A DNA stretch of 64,000 nucleotides from an uncultured Nitrospiraceae bacterium (GTDB lineage Bacteria > Nitrospirota > Nitrospiria > Nitrospirales > Nitrospiraceae): contig CAVSTP010000004.1 of assembly GCA_963730935.1 (NCBI GenBank), positions 64,001 through 128,000 of the forward strand. The letters are read 5' to 3'. Shown in pieces: positions 45,519 to 55,822 of this stretch. The position numbers were made by a program, and so were the translations under genes. Position 1 is the first letter of the stretch, and each line of letters opens with the position of its first letter. The notes beneath the pieces were generated by a model. It made no database searches and was not told the DNA's origin. It was given only the letters and a program-made list of their open reading frames with translations.

Positions 45519-47729
45519 TCACATCCCTCTCGCCTTCAGGAACACCACTGACAGCGGAGGAAGCGTCAGTGGTAGCGAAAAGGGGAATCCGTGGCTTGGC
45601 TGCGGCGTTGCATTCACTCCGCCGCCGTTGCCGAGGTTTGACCCGCCGTAGATCGAAGCGTCCGTATTGAGCAGTTCGGTATAGAACCCCTCCCGTGGTG
45701 CGCCAATCCGGTAGTCATACCGCGGCACCGGCGTGAAATTACACACGCACAAGATCTGGTCCTTGGGGTCGCGACCCTTTCTCAGAAAGGCAATGATCGA
45801 GTTGGCCGCGTCATGGAAGTCCACCCACTGGAAGCCCTGCCAGTCATGATCGACGGCATAGAGGGCCGGCTCGGATTGGTATAACCGGTTGAGATCACGC
45901 ACGAGGTGTTGCACCCCCCTGTGATAGGCATACTGCAGCAAGTGCCAATCGAGGCTGGTGTCGTGATTCCATTCTTGCCGCTGCGCGAACTCTCCGCCCA
46001 TGAAGAGCATTTTTTTGCCGGGATGCGCATACATGAAGCCGTACAGCGAGCGGAGATTGGCGAACTGCTGCCATTCGTCGCCCGGCATCTTGTTGATGAG
46101 CGAGCCCTTGCCATGCACAACTTCGTCGTGCGAGAGGGGAAGCATGAAATTTTCATTGAATGCGTAGAGGAGTCCGAAAGTCAGCTGATTCTGATGATAC
46201 ATCCGATGGATAGGGTCGTGGCTGAAGTAATCGAGCATGTCGTGCATCCATCCCATGTTCCATTTGAAGGTGAATCCCAGCCCGCCCGTGTAGGTCGGCC
46301 GTGATACGCCTGCCCAGGACGTGGATTCTTCCGCCAGCATCATGGCTCCTGGAAAGTCCCGGTGCACCAGCACATTCAAATCCTTCAGAAACAGCACAGC
46401 ATCCAAATTTTCATGGCCCCCGAACTGGTTTGGAATCCATTCGCCCGGGTTCCGCGCGTAATCGAGATACAGCATCGATGCCACAGCATCGACGCGGAGA
46501 CCGTCGATGTGATAGCGGTCCAACCAAAACAAGGCACTGTTCATTAGAAAAGTCCGTACCTCGACCCGGCCATAATTGAAAATACGGCTGCGCCATTCGG
46601 GATGGTAGCCCAAGCGCGGATCAGCGTGGTCATAGAGATGTGTTCCATCGAATTGCGAGAGCCCGTGCGAATCGTCGGGGAAATGCGCCGGAGCCCAATC
46701 CATCAGCACGCCAATGCCGGCTTGATGGGCGGCATCTACAAACGCCATGAACTCCTCAGGCGTGCCATAGCGGCTGGTCACCGCGAGGTATCCGGTGGAT
46801 TGATAGCCCCACGAACCGTCAAAGGGATGCTCCGTCGCCGGCATCAATTCGAGATGGGTGTAACCCATGTCCTTGACGTAAGGAATGAGTTTTTCGGCCA
46901 ACTCTCGATAGGTCAGCCAACGGGAATGATCTTCAGGCACGCGCATCCAGGAGCCGAGGTGCACTTCGTAAACGGCCACTGGAGACTGCAGCGGATCCCG
47001 TCTGCGCCGACTCTCCATCCAGGTCTCATCGTGCCATTGATAGGAGAGCTCTCGTGCGACGGATGCGGTTTTCGGCCTGAGCTCCGAGGCCATGGCATAC
47101 GGATCCGCTTTCAGAAGAATGGCATCCTGGCCGCGAGGGCGAATCTCGTATTTGTACAGCGTGCAGTCGGTGAGACCGGGAATAAAGAGTTCCCACAAGC
47201 CGGTCGCGCCACGGTTCGTCATGGGATGCCGCCGTCCGTCCCATTGATTGAAATCACCGACCACGCTCACGCGCCCGGCGTTGGGAGCCCAGACGACGAA
47301 ATGGATGCCTGCGATGCCATCGATCGTCCGTAGATGGGAACCAAGGGTTTCATACGCTTTGAAAAACGTGCCCTCGGCGAAGAGATGCAGGTCAAAATCC
47401 GAAAGGAGGGGAGGAAATGCATAGGGATCATCACGCTCAGAAACCCGTCCGGAATAATCGGTGACGCGAAGCCGGTATCGTGCTGGGCGCGGCGCCTGCG
47501 GTAGAACCGCTTCAAACAGCCCGGACTCGTGGATGCGCGACATGGGAAACGCCCGTTGCTCGGGCGAGGGGACCAGGACGGTCGCTTGGTCGGCTTCGGG
47601 GAGGAAACAGCGGATCACAACCGCAGCGGACCCGTTCTGTTCGCGTGTATGTGGACCAAGGATCGCCAACGGATCCCAGTGCGAGCCGTTGACGAGCTGT
47701 TCAATATGCTGTCGCGAAAGCGTAGACAT
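45519..47729 (-). CDS. glgB: 1,4-alpha-glucan branching enzyme
   Basis: VWAPNA, YEVHLGSW, SWGYQ, DGLRVDAVASMLY, AEES, LSHDEVVH. Confidence 0.98.
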   Translation of the reverse strand: MSTLSRQHIEQLVNGSHWDPLAILGPHTREQNGSAAVVIRCFLPEADQATVLVPSPEQRAFPMSRIHESGLFEAVLPQAPRPARYRLRVTDYSGRVSERDDPYAFPPLLSDFDLHLFAEGTFFKAYETLGSHLRTIDGIAGIHFVVWAPNAGRVSVVGDFNQWDGRRHPMTNRGATGLWELFIPGLTDCTLYKYEIRPRGQDAILLKADPYAMASELRPKTASVARELSYQWHDETWMESRRRRDPLQSPVAVYEVHLGSWMRVPEDHSRWLTYRELAEKLIPYVKDMGYTHLELMPATEHPFDGSWGYQSTGYLAVTSRYGTPEEFMAFVDAAHQAGIGVLMDWAPAHFPDDSHGLSQFDGTHLYDHADPRLGYHPEWRSRIFNYGRVEVRTFLMNSALFWLDRYHIDGLRVDAVASMLYLDYARNPGEWIPNQFGGHENLDAVLFLKDLNVLVHRDFPGAMMLAEESTSWAGVSRPTYTGGLGFTFKWNMGWMHDMLDYFSHDPIHRMYHQNQLTFGLLYAFNENFMLPLSHDEVVHGKGSLINKMPGDEWQQFANLRSLYGFMYAHPGKKMLFMGGEFAQRQEWNHDTSLDWHLLQYAYHRGVQHLVRDLNRLYQSEPALYAVDHDWQGFQWVDFHDAANSIIAFLRKGRDPKDQILCVCNFTPVPRYDYRIGAPREGFYTELLNTDASIYGGSNLGNGGGVNATPQPSHGFPFSLPLTLPPLSVVFLKARGM

Positions 47730-47884
47730 GATGATACTCTCAACTCCTCCGCGTATCATACGAGCCGGGGTTCTCCCATTATGAAAGAAGAACAACGAGA
47801 ATGTCACCTCTCTCGTACGGAACGGCGTTTCCTAGGCGCCTCTATTATCCACCCGATCGACTCTTGACCGCATAACCGACACTC

Positions 47885-49231
47885 ATGTTGCCGTTCTCCG
47901 ATCTCTCAATCGCCCTAGCGATTTTTGCCGTTTCGTATGGCCTCATCATCACGGAGCGGATTCATAAGACCATCGTGGCCTTGGGTGGCGCAGCGCTCAT
48001 GATCGTCTCGGGGGTGATGACGCAGGACGAGGCGTTTTACTCGCACGAGTTCGGCGTGGATTACAACGTCGTCTTTCTGTTGATCGGGATGATGGTCATC
48101 GTGAACATCGTCCGTGATACCGGCCTCTTCGAGGTGTTGGCGATTTGGTCGGCACAGCGTGCCGGCGCGCATCCCTTTCGCATGCTGGCGTTGCTTGCCA
48201 TTGTGACCGCCGTGCTGTCGGCCATGCTCGACAATGTGACGACGGTGCTCTTAATGGCCCCGGTCACCTTATCCATCGCAAAGCGGCTTCGCTTGGACCC
48301 TGTGCCTTTTCTGATTGTGGAGGCGGTTGCCTCAAACATCGGAGGAACGGCCACGTTGGTTGGCGATCCTCCCAACATCATGATCGCCAGCAAGGCAGAA
48401 TTGGGCTACCTCGAATTTCTTATCTTTCTGGGTCCCGTCGTGCTGGTCATCATGGCCGTCTTCCTGGTCGGTCTCCGACTGTTCTATGGAGGCGGCATGC
48501 ACGTGGCGCCTCATCTGAAGGAAGCGCTCTTAGGGTTAGCGCCGCGTGATGCCGTTCAAGATCCTCTCCTCTTGCGCCGATGCGTGTGGCTCCTGGGGGT
48601 CGTCAACCTCGCGTTTGGGTTTCACGGAGTGCTTCATTTGGAGCCGGCGACAATCGCGCTAGTGGGCGCCAGCGCCTTCATGTTGATTAGTCGGGCGAAT
48701 CACAAGCACGACGGCGACGAATTGTCCTATCTCGCGGACGTGGAATGGAAAACCATTTTTTTCTTCATCGGCTTGTTCATTCTGGTCGGCGGCTTGGTAA
48801 AAGTCGGCGTGATCGGGAAGCTCGCTGCCCAGTTGCTGTCGTTCACGCAGGGACATCTGGCGGCGTCGGTGTTCTCGATCCTGTGGGGTTCCGCATTTCT
48901 CTCCGCCGTCATCGATAACATTCCATACGTGGCTGCCATGAACCCCTTGGTCGTCGATCTTGCACGCTCACTCCATCCGGAGATTACCGACTATACGACG
49001 CTCGTTCATCAACCGGATATTCTCCCGCTTTGGTGGTCATTGGCGCTTGGCGCCTGCCTGGGCGGCAACGGCACGCTGATCGGCGCCAGCGCCAATGTGG
49101 TGATCGCGGATCTCGCGCGGAAGGCCGGATATCCCATCAGCTACCGGCAGTTCTTTATGGTCGGATTTCCGGTGATGATCGGCTCGCTGCTCTTGAGCAC
49201 CATCTATGTGTGGCTGCTCTTCCTGCGGTGA
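47885..49231 (+). CDS. ArsB/NhaD family transporter
   Basis: LDNVTTV, SNIGGTATLVGDPPN, IDNIP, LGACLGGNGTLIGASAN. Confidence 0.92.
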   Translation: MLPFSDLSIALAIFAVSYGLIITERIHKTIVALGGAALMIVSGVMTQDEAFYSHEFGVDYNVVFLLIGMMVIVNIVRDTGLFEVLAIWSAQRAGAHPFRMLALLAIVTAVLSAMLDNVTTVLLMAPVTLSIAKRLRLDPVPFLIVEAVASNIGGTATLVGDPPNIMIASKAELGYLEFLIFLGPVVLVIMAVFLVGLRLFYGGGMHVAPHLKEALLGLAPRDAVQDPLLLRRCVWLLGVVNLAFGFHGVLHLEPATIALVGASAFMLISRANHKHDGDELSYLADVEWKTIFFFIGLFILVGGLVKVGVIGKLAAQLLSFTQGHLAASVFSILWGSAFLSAVIDNIPYVAAMNPLVVDLARSLHPEITDYTTLVHQPDILPLWWSLALGACLGGNGTLIGASANVVIADLARKAGYPISYRQFFMVGFPVMIGSLLLSTIYVWLLFLR

Positions 49232-49232
49232 G

Positions 49233-49260
49233 GTCAGCCTCCCGAAGGCGCGAGGCTGAC
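49233..49260. terminator. Hairpin between convergent genes
   Basis: GTCAGCCTC ... GAGGCTGAC 9-bp stem; no U tract. Confidence 0.45.
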
Positions 49261-49268
49261 CTTCCCCG

Positions 49269-49502
49269 TCATTGCTGAAGGAAGCAGGACTGAGTCGTGC
49301 GGCCATACTGGACGAGCCGGTCGTACGATGCGGAGCAGTCGGTACAGTAGAATTCCGAGAGCAATACGTCTTGCCCGGGAGCGGGATAGCGTTTGACGTA
49401 GTCCGCCATCGTGCACCAGTCTTGGTCCACTAGTCCTTCCCCAGGTTGATCCTTGACGCGCTGGCAGCCTGGACAACAGTATGTCAGGTGTAGGTCACTC
49501 AT
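49269..49502 (-). CDS. 77-aa CxxC...CxxC protein
   Basis: SD AAGGAG before ATG 49502; CPGC.RVKD, W....Y, S..YC.DC. Confidence 0.65.
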   Translation of the reverse strand: MSDLHLTYCCPGCQRVKDQPGEGLVDQDWCTMADYVKRYPAPGQDVLLSEFYCTDCSASYDRLVQYGRTTQSCFLQQ

Positions 49503-49615
49503 GCTGATCTCCTTCATCGCTCTCCGAGGGTTCAGAGTTCTTCGGAAACGGTGGCGCAGCGCTTCGAGCGCCTTGCGCCTCCGTGTCATGCCATACGGCC
49601 CATGCCCGCATGCCT

Positions 49616-51901
49616 TCAAGCTGCGGGCAGGATCTTGAGTCCCGCTTCCAAGAACTTTTGCTCCATGGCGAACCGCAGTTCGCTCGCCACTTCGTTGGGG
49701 TCGATGTCCAGCCGAATTTCCAACCAATAATTCAACGTGAAAATGCGGGCCTGGTTGCCGAATTCTTCAAGCAGGACCTGAGGCTTCGGGGTTTTGAGCA
49801 CGCGAGAATGGCTGGCTGCCAGCCCGACGAGGAGATCCATGACGGCTTGGGTGGAAGACCCGTAAGGCGCGCCGACCCGCAGCGAAAACCGGCCGATGCG
49901 GCTCGAGTAGGTCCAGTTGGTAAGGTAGTGCTCAAGGAACGTGCTATTGGGAACGAGCGTGACCACCCCCTTGGCATCCCGGACGGTGGATGAACGAAGA
50001 CCGATGGTCGTTACCCGTCCGCGCACATTCTCCACTTCGATCAAGTCGCCGACCCGCAGCGGGCGTTCGATGAGGAGCAGGATGCCGCTGATGACGTTCT
50101 TGAGCAGGTTCTGGGCGCCGAACCCTACTCCGATGGCGAAGGCGCCGCCCAGAAAGGCAAAGATCGTCAGGGGGATTTTGACCCAGACGAGACTGGTCAC
50201 GATCAGCAGCGTGAGTAGCAATGCCTGGCTCCATTGTCGAAGCAGGTTGGCGAGTTCAGGGGCGACGCCAAGGCGTGCCATGGCCAGCCGGCCGATGAGT
50301 GTCGCGCAGTACAGACACAGCCAATACCCGATCGAGAGGATCACGAGCGCGGTAACGACTTTGCCGATGGTGACGCTGCGATGGCCAGTGATCTTCTTGC
50401 CTTCCACCTCGATCGTGTCTTCGGCGCTGAACACCTCCCAATCCCATACCGCCTTGGCCCGCTCCCACGCGCGCTGCCACCATCCCTCCAGTCGGGCCGA
50501 CAGGGGTAGTTCTTGCTGCTGCTCCTTGAACATCGACTTCCACCGCTCCAGGAAGCGTGACGTCTGATCCAGGCGCCGGAGCGTCGTGTTGTAGATGTCC
50601 TCCCGTTGCCGATGTGCCTCGAGCAGCGCCCGCGTCTGTGCTCGGTCCCCCGATGCCGGACTGTTCGTGACGCGTGTTTCGAGTTCGCCGATTTGTCCGG
50701 ACGCGATGCCGGCTTGTTGCCGGACATAATCCCGGGAGGCTTGGAGATTCTTGAACAGCGGGGTAAAGCGGTCGTAGGCCTCGCGGATTTTCCCCGAGTC
50801 ACGGCCGTGAACGATGGCAAACCGGCTCTCCCATAGCTGACGCTCACCTTCGACGACGTCGAGCAGCAACTGCAACAAATCGCTCTTGAGCGACAGATTG
50901 TCCGTCCGGATCCGCGCGGCTTCGACGCCGGATTGGAGTCGGCGCATGGTGCCTGGAACTCGTCGGCCGGCTTTCGAGAGTCGGACTGCCAATTGTCCTT
51001 CTATCGCGCGAAGCTCTTCGAACTGACGAAGCCGTTCGGCAGTCGTTCTGTCCAGTTCATCGGCGAGGTGCTGTTGTTCCTCGGACAGGCGCTTCCGGAT
51101 CTTGGCGAGATCTCCTTCCGTGAATTCGACCTGTGGTTCGACAGTCGCCAGCCGGTGCTCCGCTGATGCGAGGCCGGCGCGAGTGTTCGACAGCTCCTCT
51201 CCGATGCGGATCTTTGAAACTTCAGCGGCCTGCAACTCTGTACCGGCTGCCCGCTGGCGCAACGTCTCGAGGTCTCGAAGCCATCGCTGCCGGTCATCGG
51301 AGGCCGTCCCCTTCGTGGTCTCGAGTCGCTCCGATGCCTGTCGTAGACGTTCCTCGGCGGCCAGCAGCGATTCCCGCGCGTGATTGGACCGGAGTTCAAT
51401 CAGGCTGAGTTGAGACTGCAGCCCTTCGACGGCAAGGCGCAGTGAATACACAGTGTCCCACAATTGATCGGCGTCGAACACGGAATAGGGCGACGATTCG
51501 GCCGGGGTGTCCGCTGCGGTCGAGGACTTGCCAAGCTCATCCCGGTGCTGGCGGGCCTGGTCCAGGCGCAGCATGTTATCGATCTGCTCGTCGAGACTGC
51601 GGACGATATGGTGAAGCAGCGTGCGCCGTTCGAGGAGTTCTTCCTGAGGTGTTCCCGGCGGCGTGCCGGTCGCCAAGGTCTTCGGCTTGCTGATGGCGTC
51701 GAGTTCCGCTTGGGACTTCTCGCGCTTCGTGCGCAGTTCGGCGAGCGCTTTCTCATCCACAGCGGGCGCTGCCGCTCCGGCATTGTTGTCTTGTGCCGCG
51801 ACTTTTGCAGCATCGGTGTCCGCCGTCAGGCCTTCGGTAGTGGCGAAGTACCCGAAGAGCACCACCGTACCAAGGACTGCGGAGCAGAGACGAATAGTCA
51901 T
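49616..51901 (-). CDS. Large MscS-family mechanosensitive channel (MscK-like)
   Basis: Signal peptide, long coiled coil, GVGFGAQNLLKNVISG, RPLRVGD, GLRSST, VPN. Confidence 0.9.
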   Translation of the reverse strand: MTIRLCSAVLGTVVLFGYFATTEGLTADTDAAKVAAQDNNAGAAAPAVDEKALAELRTKREKSQAELDAISKPKTLATGTPPGTPQEELLERRTLLHHIVRSLDEQIDNMLRLDQARQHRDELGKSSTAADTPAESSPYSVFDADQLWDTVYSLRLAVEGLQSQLSLIELRSNHARESLLAAEERLRQASERLETTKGTASDDRQRWLRDLETLRQRAAGTELQAAEVSKIRIGEELSNTRAGLASAEHRLATVEPQVEFTEGDLAKIRKRLSEEQQHLADELDRTTAERLRQFEELRAIEGQLAVRLSKAGRRVPGTMRRLQSGVEAARIRTDNLSLKSDLLQLLLDVVEGERQLWESRFAIVHGRDSGKIREAYDRFTPLFKNLQASRDYVRQQAGIASGQIGELETRVTNSPASGDRAQTRALLEAHRQREDIYNTTLRRLDQTSRFLERWKSMFKEQQQELPLSARLEGWWQRAWERAKAVWDWEVFSAEDTIEVEGKKITGHRSVTIGKVVTALVILSIGYWLCLYCATLIGRLAMARLGVAPELANLLRQWSQALLLTLLIVTSLVWVKIPLTIFAFLGGAFAIGVGFGAQNLLKNVISGILLLIERPLRVGDLIEVENVRGRVTTIGLRSSTVRDAKGVVTLVPNSTFLEHYLTNWTYSSRIGRFSLRVGAPYGSSTQAVMDLLVGLAASHSRVLKTPKPQVLLEEFGNQARIFTLNYWLEIRLDIDPNEVASELRFAMEQKFLEAGLKILPAA

Positions 51902-51902
51902 G

Positions 51903-51940
51903 TTAGAGGGGGATGTAAGGTTTAGAGGGGATGTAAGGTT
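51903..51940 (+). repeat. Tandem duplication at the MscS start
   Basis: TTAGAGGGGGATGTAAGGT TTAGAGGGGATGTAAGGTT. Confidence 0.7.
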
Positions 51941-52292
51941 GGTATCATGCCCTGGTTCGGCGCAGGACTGGTGAAACCCCTGGTTGAGGCGGCGTCAGGA
52001 TGTTTTCTTCATTTCTCGGTGGCGGCGGTGATCTTGCCCTTGTGTTGCTCCCTCCTCGAAATATTTTCTCGGGCATTTGCTAGTCGATAGACGTCAGTGC
52101 GTCGCTCATAGTGGGCAGAAGCACGATGAGCGCGTGCGCCATTCGTACGAGAGCCGTAGCAGATAGTCTGCCAATGATTGAAGCAGCATCTCCGCCAAGC
52201 GCAACAGATCGCCAGATCAGTCGACATCGACACGGCTGCACGTTAGGTCACCGAGCTCCGCTGACCGACGTCACCGTGAGAAGGAAGATCAT

Positions 52293-53750
52293 ATGAAAGC
52301 GAACAGGGTTTGGCTCCAAGGTCTCTGTATCACCGGAAGTCTTGCGCTCGCTTCATGGGCGCTCGTTATGGACCGCACGGGTCTCGCCCAACCGACTCCT
52401 GAAGGAAAGAAGCAGCAGTCGCAGCTTGGCACCCTCGAGGATGCCAAGCTCAAGGGCTTCGAGGGCGTGGATTTTTCCTATGATGTGTTCGGTGCGCCTC
52501 CCGGCCAGGATGCCCAAAAAATTGCCGAGGAGGTCATGAAAAAGGACGTTGCCCAGAAGTCGGACGTCATGAAGCGCCAGCACAAGTTGCTGAGTGACCG
52601 TTACGACCTCAGTTGTCGGACCGAAAAAGGCATCACCATGACGAAGGGTAAGCCGCAACCGATCGGTCCGATCGTCAAACTCGGCTCCGGCATGACGTGG
52701 GAGCAGTTGGGGCAGTTGTCCGTCGATGACATCAAGAAAAAGGGCGCCTTCCCCCCAGGCTTTGATCGGCTCCCGCACGTCAAGCAGGCTGTGGGCGGCC
52801 AGGTATTTCCTCAGGTCCAGATCAAGGAATTTCCGAGACTCGAGCGATTCGACGTAGACTTTGATCTGCCGGAATGCCTACTGCCGGAATTTCCCCCGCC
52901 GATTTTCCTCACGACCCATCCCGAACTCGGTGATGTCTCTCAGGGGGAGGTGCTCCACGCCGAGAACTTCGACCGGCTCTTCCGCGGACTCGTCACCCCC
53001 GCCCAACTGGATGGACTCCGCATGCTCGTGACGCAGTTTCCACAGGAGGAGTTCAATGCAACCCATGACCGGAAAACCGTCAAGCCCAGCTTGGGGGTGA
53101 GTTGCCTGGATTGCCATGTCAATTTTCACACGACGGGACAGTTTCACCTGAATCCGGACACTCGACCGCAAATGGAACGCCTGCGCCTGGATACGGTCAG
53201 TCTGCGAGGCATGTTCAACCAGCAAATCCACGGCTCAAAGCGCTCCATCCGATCGGTGGAAGATTTCACCGAATTCGAGCAGCGCACGGCGTATTTCAAC
53301 GGCGATCCCATTCGGGCGATGAAAAAAGGCATGAACATCATCGACCGGGTGCCGGTGGCCCACATGGCACAGATGCAGAACATGATTGATTTCCCCCCGG
53401 CGCCGAAACTCGATCCCATGACCGGTCGCCTGGATCGTGGGAAGGCGACCGCGCTCGAAGCGAAGGGCGAAGACCTCTTCTTCGGGAAAGCCAAGTGTGT
53501 GGCCTGTCATCAGCCGCCGGCGTTCACCGATCACCAGATGCACGACCTCCGCCTAGAGCGGTTCGGCGCAGCAGCCGATGGGCCGATCAAAACCTTTGTG
53601 TTGAGAGGCATCAAGGATTCTCCGCCCTATTTTCATGACGGTCGGCTGCCGACGCTCGAAGACACCGTGGAATTCTTTAATGTCGTCGGGGGCCTCAAAC
53701 TGGACCAAGACGAAAAAAAGGCGCTCGCAGCATTTCTTCGGGCCTTGTGA
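52293..53750 (+). CDS. Di-heme cytochrome c peroxidase-like protein
   Basis: Signal peptide; CLDCH and CVACH; GEDLFFGKAKC; PPYFHDGRLPTLED. Confidence 0.85.
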   Translation: MKANRVWLQGLCITGSLALASWALVMDRTGLAQPTPEGKKQQSQLGTLEDAKLKGFEGVDFSYDVFGAPPGQDAQKIAEEVMKKDVAQKSDVMKRQHKLLSDRYDLSCRTEKGITMTKGKPQPIGPIVKLGSGMTWEQLGQLSVDDIKKKGAFPPGFDRLPHVKQAVGGQVFPQVQIKEFPRLERFDVDFDLPECLLPEFPPPIFLTTHPELGDVSQGEVLHAENFDRLFRGLVTPAQLDGLRMLVTQFPQEEFNATHDRKTVKPSLGVSCLDCHVNFHTTGQFHLNPDTRPQMERLRLDTVSLRGMFNQQIHGSKRSIRSVEDFTEFEQRTAYFNGDPIRAMKKGMNIIDRVPVAHMAQMQNMIDFPPAPKLDPMTGRLDRGKATALEAKGEDLFFGKAKCVACHQPPAFTDHQMHDLRLERFGAAADGPIKTFVLRGIKDSPPYFHDGRLPTLEDTVEFFNVVGGLKLDQDEKKALAAFLRAL

Positions 53751-53763
53751 GAGGAGGCTTGCG

Positions 53764-54021
53764 ATGGAGCAGCGCACCCAGCATCGAACCACCGACGGAT
53801 CTGTGCTCCGGCACATCGAAGAGCTTGTGGCGGAGGAACACCGGCTACAGGCTCATGGATCGTTATCCGAAGACGAGCGCGCCCGCTTGCAGGCGCTCGA
53901 AGTCGAACTCGACCAGACCTGGGATCTCCTGCGTCAACGGAGAGCGTTGCGCGCCGTCGGGCAGGACCCGGACAAGGCTGAGGTGAGACCCCCTGACATC
54001 GTCGAGAAATACGAGCAATGA
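53764..54021 (+). CDS. DUF2630 family protein
   Basis: LVAEEH.L, LDQ.WDLLRQRRA, DP..A..RP...VE.Y. Confidence 0.85.
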   Translation: MEQRTQHRTTDGSVLRHIEELVAEEHRLQAHGSLSEDERARLQALEVELDQTWDLLRQRRALRAVGQDPDKAEVRPPDIVEKYEQ

Positions 54022-54054
54022 GAATCGGCGTCATCCGAGTGAAAGGAGATCATC

Positions 54055-54504
54055 ATGTCCCTCATCGAGAAATCGATCGAGATCAATGTGCCGGTGAGAA
54101 CCGCGTACAACCAGTGGACCCAGTTCGAGGAATTTCCGAAGTTCATGGAAGGCGTGAAACATGTGAAACAGCTCGACGACACACATTTGCACTGGAAAGC
54201 TGAGATCGGTGGAAAGGAAAAAGAATGGGACGCCGAAATCACGGAACAGATTCCCGATGAGCGAATCGCGTGGAGAAGTCGTGACGGCGCGCAGAATGCC
54301 GGCGTCGTGACCTTTCATCGCCTCTCGGATTCAACGTCCAAGGTCATGCTTCAGATGGAATATGATCCCGACGGCGTCCTTGAACATGTGGGAGATGCGA
54401 CCGGTGTGGTGAGCCACCGAGTACTGGGCGATCTCGAGCGCTTCAAGCGGTACATCGAAAGCCGCGGACACGAAACGAGCGCCTGGAGGGGGACCGTCAA
54501 GTAG
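54055..54504 (+). CDS. SRPBCC (cyclase/dehydrase) family protein
   Basis: VPVRTAYNQWTQFEEFP.FMEGV, PDERIAWRS, DL.RFK..IE. Confidence 0.92.
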   Translation: MSLIEKSIEINVPVRTAYNQWTQFEEFPKFMEGVKHVKQLDDTHLHWKAEIGGKEKEWDAEITEQIPDERIAWRSRDGAQNAGVVTFHRLSDSTSKVMLQMEYDPDGVLEHVGDATGVVSHRVLGDLERFKRYIESRGHETSAWRGTVK

Positions 54505-54529
54505 AAGCACTCATCAGCAAGGAGCCGAG

Positions 54530-54883
54530 ATGAACACACAATGGTTTGTCGTGTACGTGACCGTGGGCGTGCTGTGTCAGTCTCTTCCTGCGTACTCTGC
54601 AAACGTGCCAGCCGCCAGGAGACGGGGATCGCCGATCCCAGCGTGAACCGGGATGCGTGTCGTGCGAGGAGAAGTGAAACAGGCCACGCTCAAAACGATT
54701 GCCGTGGAGGACGCAAACGGGAAGGAAGTGACGATGTCGATCGATGTCGCAACGACGGGTGATCGGGACATTCGGCCGGGCGATGTCATTACCGGCACGG
54801 TGACAGCCCACGGCAGAGCCGTGGCAATTCACAACGAACCGGGCATTGAGGCCAGTCACAAGGAACCCGGTGCCGAGCGCTGA
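54530..54883 (+). pseudogene. Exported OB-fold-like protein with in-frame TGA
   Basis: SD AAGGAG and signal peptide from 54530; TGA at 54644-54646; same frame resumes as MRVVRGEV...IRPGD. Confidence 0.55.
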
Positions 54884-54923
54884 GCAGCACACGTCCCACC
54901 GCGCAGAAGAATAAGGAGGAGTC

Positions 54924-55524
54924 ATGACCACATCTCGCCTCAACAATCCGGGAAGAGGAAAGGGGAGGCGCGCCCGCAATTCCGAGATGGGATCAGAAGT
55001 CCCCCGTCGGTCCGGACGTGGGAGGCGCTCGACCGGTCCTACGGAACGGGATCGTGTGTCTCACAACGAGTCGCTCAGCCAGGAAGCGCAATTGCCCCTC
55101 GGGTTGGGATGGTTTGGCATCGGGCTTGGTCTTGCGGAACTGCTTGTTCCGCGTCGGTTAGCTCGAACGATCGGTGTGCCGTATGAGCATCATCGTCTGA
55201 TCCGGGTGATGGGCGTCCGTGAAATTGCCAACGGCCTCGGCATTCTGATCTGGCCTTCGACATCCGCTGGCGTATGGGCACGCGTGGTCGGCGACATCGT
55301 CGATCTGGCCTGTCTTGGAGCCGCGTTCACGTCGGCCAACGCAAACCGAAGCCGGTTGGCTGCCACTGCGGCCGTCGTTGCCGGGGCGACAGCAGTAGAT
55401 CTCGTCTGCGCGCAACAGCTGACACGAGACATGACGACGCGGGACGGTCGTCGCGGCATGGTTCGGCGAGGATCCCCCGCAGTCCATCAAGATGAACCTG
55501 CCGCGCTTTAAGCAGGTCATAGAA
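54924..55524 (+). pseudogene. Membrane-anchored SRPBCC protein with internal deletion
   Basis: N-domain LGWFGIGLGLAEL...W.RV.GD..DL; out-of-frame last helix GTVVAAWFGEDPPQSIKMNLPRFKQVIE from 55441. Confidence 0.65.
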
Positions 55525-55760
55525 CGAAGCCGGTGCTGTCATCGACCCGCATCGCGCCAAGCAGCATCGCTAGAGATTGAAGTACCCTCCTCGTCAGGGC
55601 AGGGTTGTTCTGCCCAGCCTGCACTGATGTTTCTTGCCCGTCGACCTCGCGCATCCTGTCCCTCCCCAGACAGCTTGTCTAACCTTGTGCACCCCAAGTT
55701 GAGCGCGAACAATAAGTCATTGAGAGATCATTGGTTTGCATGATGGCCACGACCCCGTCA

Positions 55761-55776
55761 TGGTCCAACACTTGCT
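55761..55776 (+). promoter_or_regulatory. Sigma54-like -24/-12 promoter
   Basis: TGGTCCAACACTTGCT (GG-N10-GC). Confidence 0.5.
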
Positions 55777-55822
55777 CACTTTTACGGGATCAGCGCATCG
55801 GTCACAACGAAAGGGGTGTGTG

